Below are positions 61,319 to 64,000 of a stretch of DNA of 64,000 bases, piece by piece. Where the stretch lies: NCBI GenBank assembly GCA_963705305.1, contig OY970067.1, positions 2,656,001 to 2,720,000 of the forward strand. Direction: 5' to 3'. The stretch comes from an uncultured Methylomirabilota bacterium (GTDB lineage: Bacteria; Methylomirabilota; Methylomirabilia; Methylomirabilales; 2-02-FULL-66-22). Both the position numbers and the translations under genes were made by a program. The stretch's first letter is position 1. Each line of letters begins with the position of its first letter. The notes below the pieces were generated by a model. The model saw nothing but the letters and a program-made list of their open reading frames with translations. It searched no databases and was not told where the DNA came from.

Positions 61319-61606
61319 AGAGGACATCTCCCATGCGGGTGAGGAGCGGTTCCACGGCTCGGCGCGCAGGGGGACGACCATCATCTCGCGCCGGACGGCT
61401 GCCGGCTTCCTCCGGCAGGGGGCCGGGTGCGGACCTGACCATGTTCCCCTTCTTCGACCTCACCGTCCATCATCGAGCCGCCCACGGGCACCACCACTAG
61501 CCGATCCCCGCCGGATCGGGTTTCCGTCTCTCCATTCATCAGCATTTCGGTCCGGACTGATCCGGTGTCCCCGTTCTCTCCCGGGGTGCTGTTTTGAGGG
61601 CATACG

Positions 61607-62683
61607 ATGTCCACCTTGCTTGAGAAGCTCGCAGGCGTCGAGCAGCGATACGAAGAGGTTACAACCAGACTGTCCGAACCCGCCGTGCTGGCGGATCCGT
61701 CCGAGTACCAGCGCCTGGCCAAGACCCACGCCGAATTGAGCTCGGCGGTGGAGCAGTACCGGCGCCTCCTCAAGTTCCAGCGGGAGCTGGAGGAGGCCCG
61801 GATCCTGCTTCGCGAGGCCGCCGATCCGGAGATGCGCGAGCTGGCGGCCGCGGAGCTGGAATCCCTGCAGGCCAAGCAGGGCGAGCTGGAGGCCTCGCTG
61901 CAGCTCCTGCTCCTGCCGAAGGATCCGGCCGATGAACGGAACATCATCCTGGAGATCCGGGCGGGGGCCGGCGGCGAGGAAGCGGCGCTGTTCGCCGCCG
62001 AGCTGCTGCGGATGTACACGCGCTACGCCGAGGCCCAGCGCTGGAGGGTGGAGGTGGTCTCCACCAGCCTGACGGGAATCGGCGGGGTGAAGGAGGCCAT
62101 TCTCACCCTGGAGGGACGGGGCGCCTACAGCCGGCTCAAGTACGAAAGCGGCGTCCACCGGGTCCAGCGGGTTCCCAGCACGGAGGCCAGCGGGCGCATC
62201 CACACTTCCACCGTCACCGTGGCGGTCCTGCCCGAGGCGGAGGAGGTGGAGGTGGAGATCAACCCCAACGACCTGCGCATCGACGTCTTCCGCTCGACCG
62301 GCCCGGGGGGGCAGAGCGTGAACACCACCGACTCGGCCGTGCGCATCACCCACCTGCCGACGGGGCTGGTGGTGACCTGCCAGGACGAGAAGTCCCAGCA
62401 CAAGAACAAGGCCAAGGCGATGAAAGTCTTGCGGGCGCGGCTCTACGACATCGAAATGCGGCGCCAGAAAGAAGCCATCGACCGCGACCGGCGCAGCCAG
62501 GTGGGGAGCGGCGAGCGGGCCGAGAAGATCCGGACCTACAATTTCCCCCAGAACCGGGTGACGGACCACCGGATCGGCCTCACGCTGCACAGCCTAGTCA
62601 GCGTGCTGGAGGGGGATCTGGACGAGCTCATCCAAGCCCTCGCCACCTACGATCAGAGCGAGCGGCTGAAGGCGCTGGCATGA
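61607..62683 (+). CDS. prfA: Peptide chain release factor 1
   Basis: [26 protein letters not shown] (PxT), GPGGQSVN and [10 protein letters not shown] motifs. Confidence 0.97.
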   Translation: MSTLLEKLAGVEQRYEEVTTRLSEPAVLADPSEYQRLAKTHAELSSAVEQYRRLLKFQRELEEARILLREAADPEMRELAAAELESLQAKQGELEASLQLLLLPKDPADERNIILEIRAGAGGEEAALFAAELLRMYTRYAEAQRWRVEVVSTSLTGIGGVKEAILTLEGRGAYSRLKYESGVHRVQRVPSTEASGRIHTSTVTVAVLPEAEEVEVEINPNDLRIDVFRSTGPGGQSVNTTDSAVRITHLPTGLVVTCQDEKSQHKNKAKAMKVLRARLYDIEMRRQKEAIDRDRRSQVGSGERAEKIRTYNFPQNRVTDHRIGLTLHSLVSVLEGDLDELIQALATYDQSERLKALA

Positions 62684-63630
62684 CCCGCCTGCGCCTCCTC
62701 GAGCTTTCGGACCGTCTGTGCCGCCCGGCGCTCCCCGTGCCTGCGGCGGCGCTGCCGGACGTCGAAAGCGCCCTGGCCAAGGGGTCGCTGCTCCTGGAGC
62801 AGGCGGGGGTCGAGACCGCGCGGCTGGATGCCGAGTGTCTGCTGGCCGAGGTGTTGGCCTGCTCCCGCTGGCAACTGGTGCTGGAGCCGCGCCGGAGGCT
62901 CAGCCGGGAGGAGTTCGCCCGCTATCTGCGCCTCCTCCAGCGACGCGAGCAGCGCGAGCCCCTGGCCTACCTATTCGGCCGGCGCGAGTTCTGGTCGCTG
63001 AACTTCCTGGTGTGCCCGGGGGTGCTGGTCCCCCGTCCGGAGACCGAGACCCTGGTGGAGGCCGCCCTTGAGGCGTGCGCCGGGGCGGCCGGGGCGCGCC
63101 CGGTCATCATGGACCTCTGCACCGGCTCGGGTGCCGTGGCCGTGGCCCTGGCGCGGGAGCTGCCAGAGGCCAGCATCCTTGCCACGGACGTCTCGTGGCG
63201 GGCCCTCCGCATCGCGCGGGCCAACGCCAGAGCCCACGGCGTGGAGGGCCGCATCCTGTTTCTGCGGGGAGATCTCTGGCGGGCCCTGGGCGGCCATGAG
63301 CCGGCCGGAGGCGCCCATCTGATCGTAGCGAATCCCCCCTATGTTCCCTCGGAGGCGCTGGACGGCTTGATGCCCGAGGTGCGCTGGGAGCCGCGGCTGG
63401 CCCTGGATGGCGGCCCCGGCGGTCTGCGGGTCTTGCGGGAGATCGTCGCCGGGGCACCGGCGCACCTCCGGCCGGGAGGCGGCCTGCTGATGGAGATCGG
63501 CGCGGACCAGGGGGCGGCAGTGGTGGGGTGCCTAGAGGATGACGGCCGGTACGAGGCCTGCCGTGTCATCCGGGACCTGGCCGGACGCGACCGGGTGGTT
63601 GCGGCGCGGCGCCGGGCCGACGGAAATTGA
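62680..63630 (+). CDS. prmC: Release factor glutamine methyltransferase
   Basis: [26 protein letters not shown] and NPPY motifs. Confidence 0.95.
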   Translation: MTRLRLLELSDRLCRPALPVPAAALPDVESALAKGSLLLEQAGVETARLDAECLLAEVLACSRWQLVLEPRRRLSREEFARYLRLLQRREQREPLAYLFGRREFWSLNFLVCPGVLVPRPETETLVEAALEACAGAAGARPVIMDLCTGSGAVAVALARELPEASILATDVSWRALRIARANARAHGVEGRILFLRGDLWRALGGHEPAGGAHLIVANPPYVPSEALDGLMPEVRWEPRLALDGGPGGLRVLREIVAGAPAHLRPGGGLLMEIGADQGAAVVGCLEDDGRYEACRVIRDLAGRDRVVAARRRADGN

Positions 63631-63830
63631 AAATGAAATACCGACAACCGGCGACTGAACAACGGGGCAGCGGAGCGAGGGACCAGGGAAAGTGAAAATG
63701 GAAAACGGACGACCGACAACCGGACAACGGACCGGGGGACCGCGGTCATTGAAAAGGACGACGGGCAACCGGCAACTGGACAATGGGACGGATGACCGGT
63801 TATCTCTTGTCGGTTTTCAATTGTTCATTG
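63625..63830. repeat. Heptamer-periodic palindromic element, copy G (expanded; prmC-murA)
   Basis: AATTGAAAATGAAATACCGACAACCGG, GAAAATGGAAAACGGACGACCGACAACCGGACAACGG ... TTGTCGGTTTTCAATTGTTCATTG. Confidence 0.8.
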
Positions 63831-63838
63831 CTCCTTGA

Positions 63839-64000
<162 letters not shown>

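Overview
GC-rich bacterial chromosome segment, mostly housekeeping genes. Gene style and order suggest a diderm lineage such as Methylomirabilota/NC10 or a Deltaproteobacteria-like group; this is inference only. From left to right: (1) a minus-strand nitrogen and amino-acid uptake block (glnD partial, ThiF/MoeB, amtB with a sigma54-like promoter, a lower-GC dicarboxylate/amino acid symporter islet bracketed by a duplicated permease 3' end, a Glu/Asp-type ABC transporter, an Asp/Glu racemase); (2) Rrf2, a radical SAM fusion, rne/rng, an inserted Fic gene, rplU-rpmA-obgE-proB-proA-nadD-rsfS, a DksA/TraR gene, a TPR Ser/Thr kinase and a comF pseudogene; (3) gap-pgk-tpiA-secG, a peptide ABC transporter and tRNA-Leu(GAG); (4) response regulators, a VCBS-repeat protein and a porin-like gene, followed by a complete class IIC group II intron inserted behind the porin terminator; (5) PAP2, ArnT-like, polyprenyl synthase, lepA-lepB, CIRCE-hrcA-grpE-dnaJ-rsmE, a hybrid kinase, a stand-alone 5'-3' exonuclease, coaE, rho, rpmE, prfA, prmC and murA (partial). 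The main unexplained signals are a dispersed family of heptamer-periodic palindromes (about 8 copies, one translated in frame inside the ArnT-like gene), a UAG-ending leader ORF plus hairpin upstream of prfA, a probable ATC start codon for rsfS, and two short elements with terminal inverted repeats.
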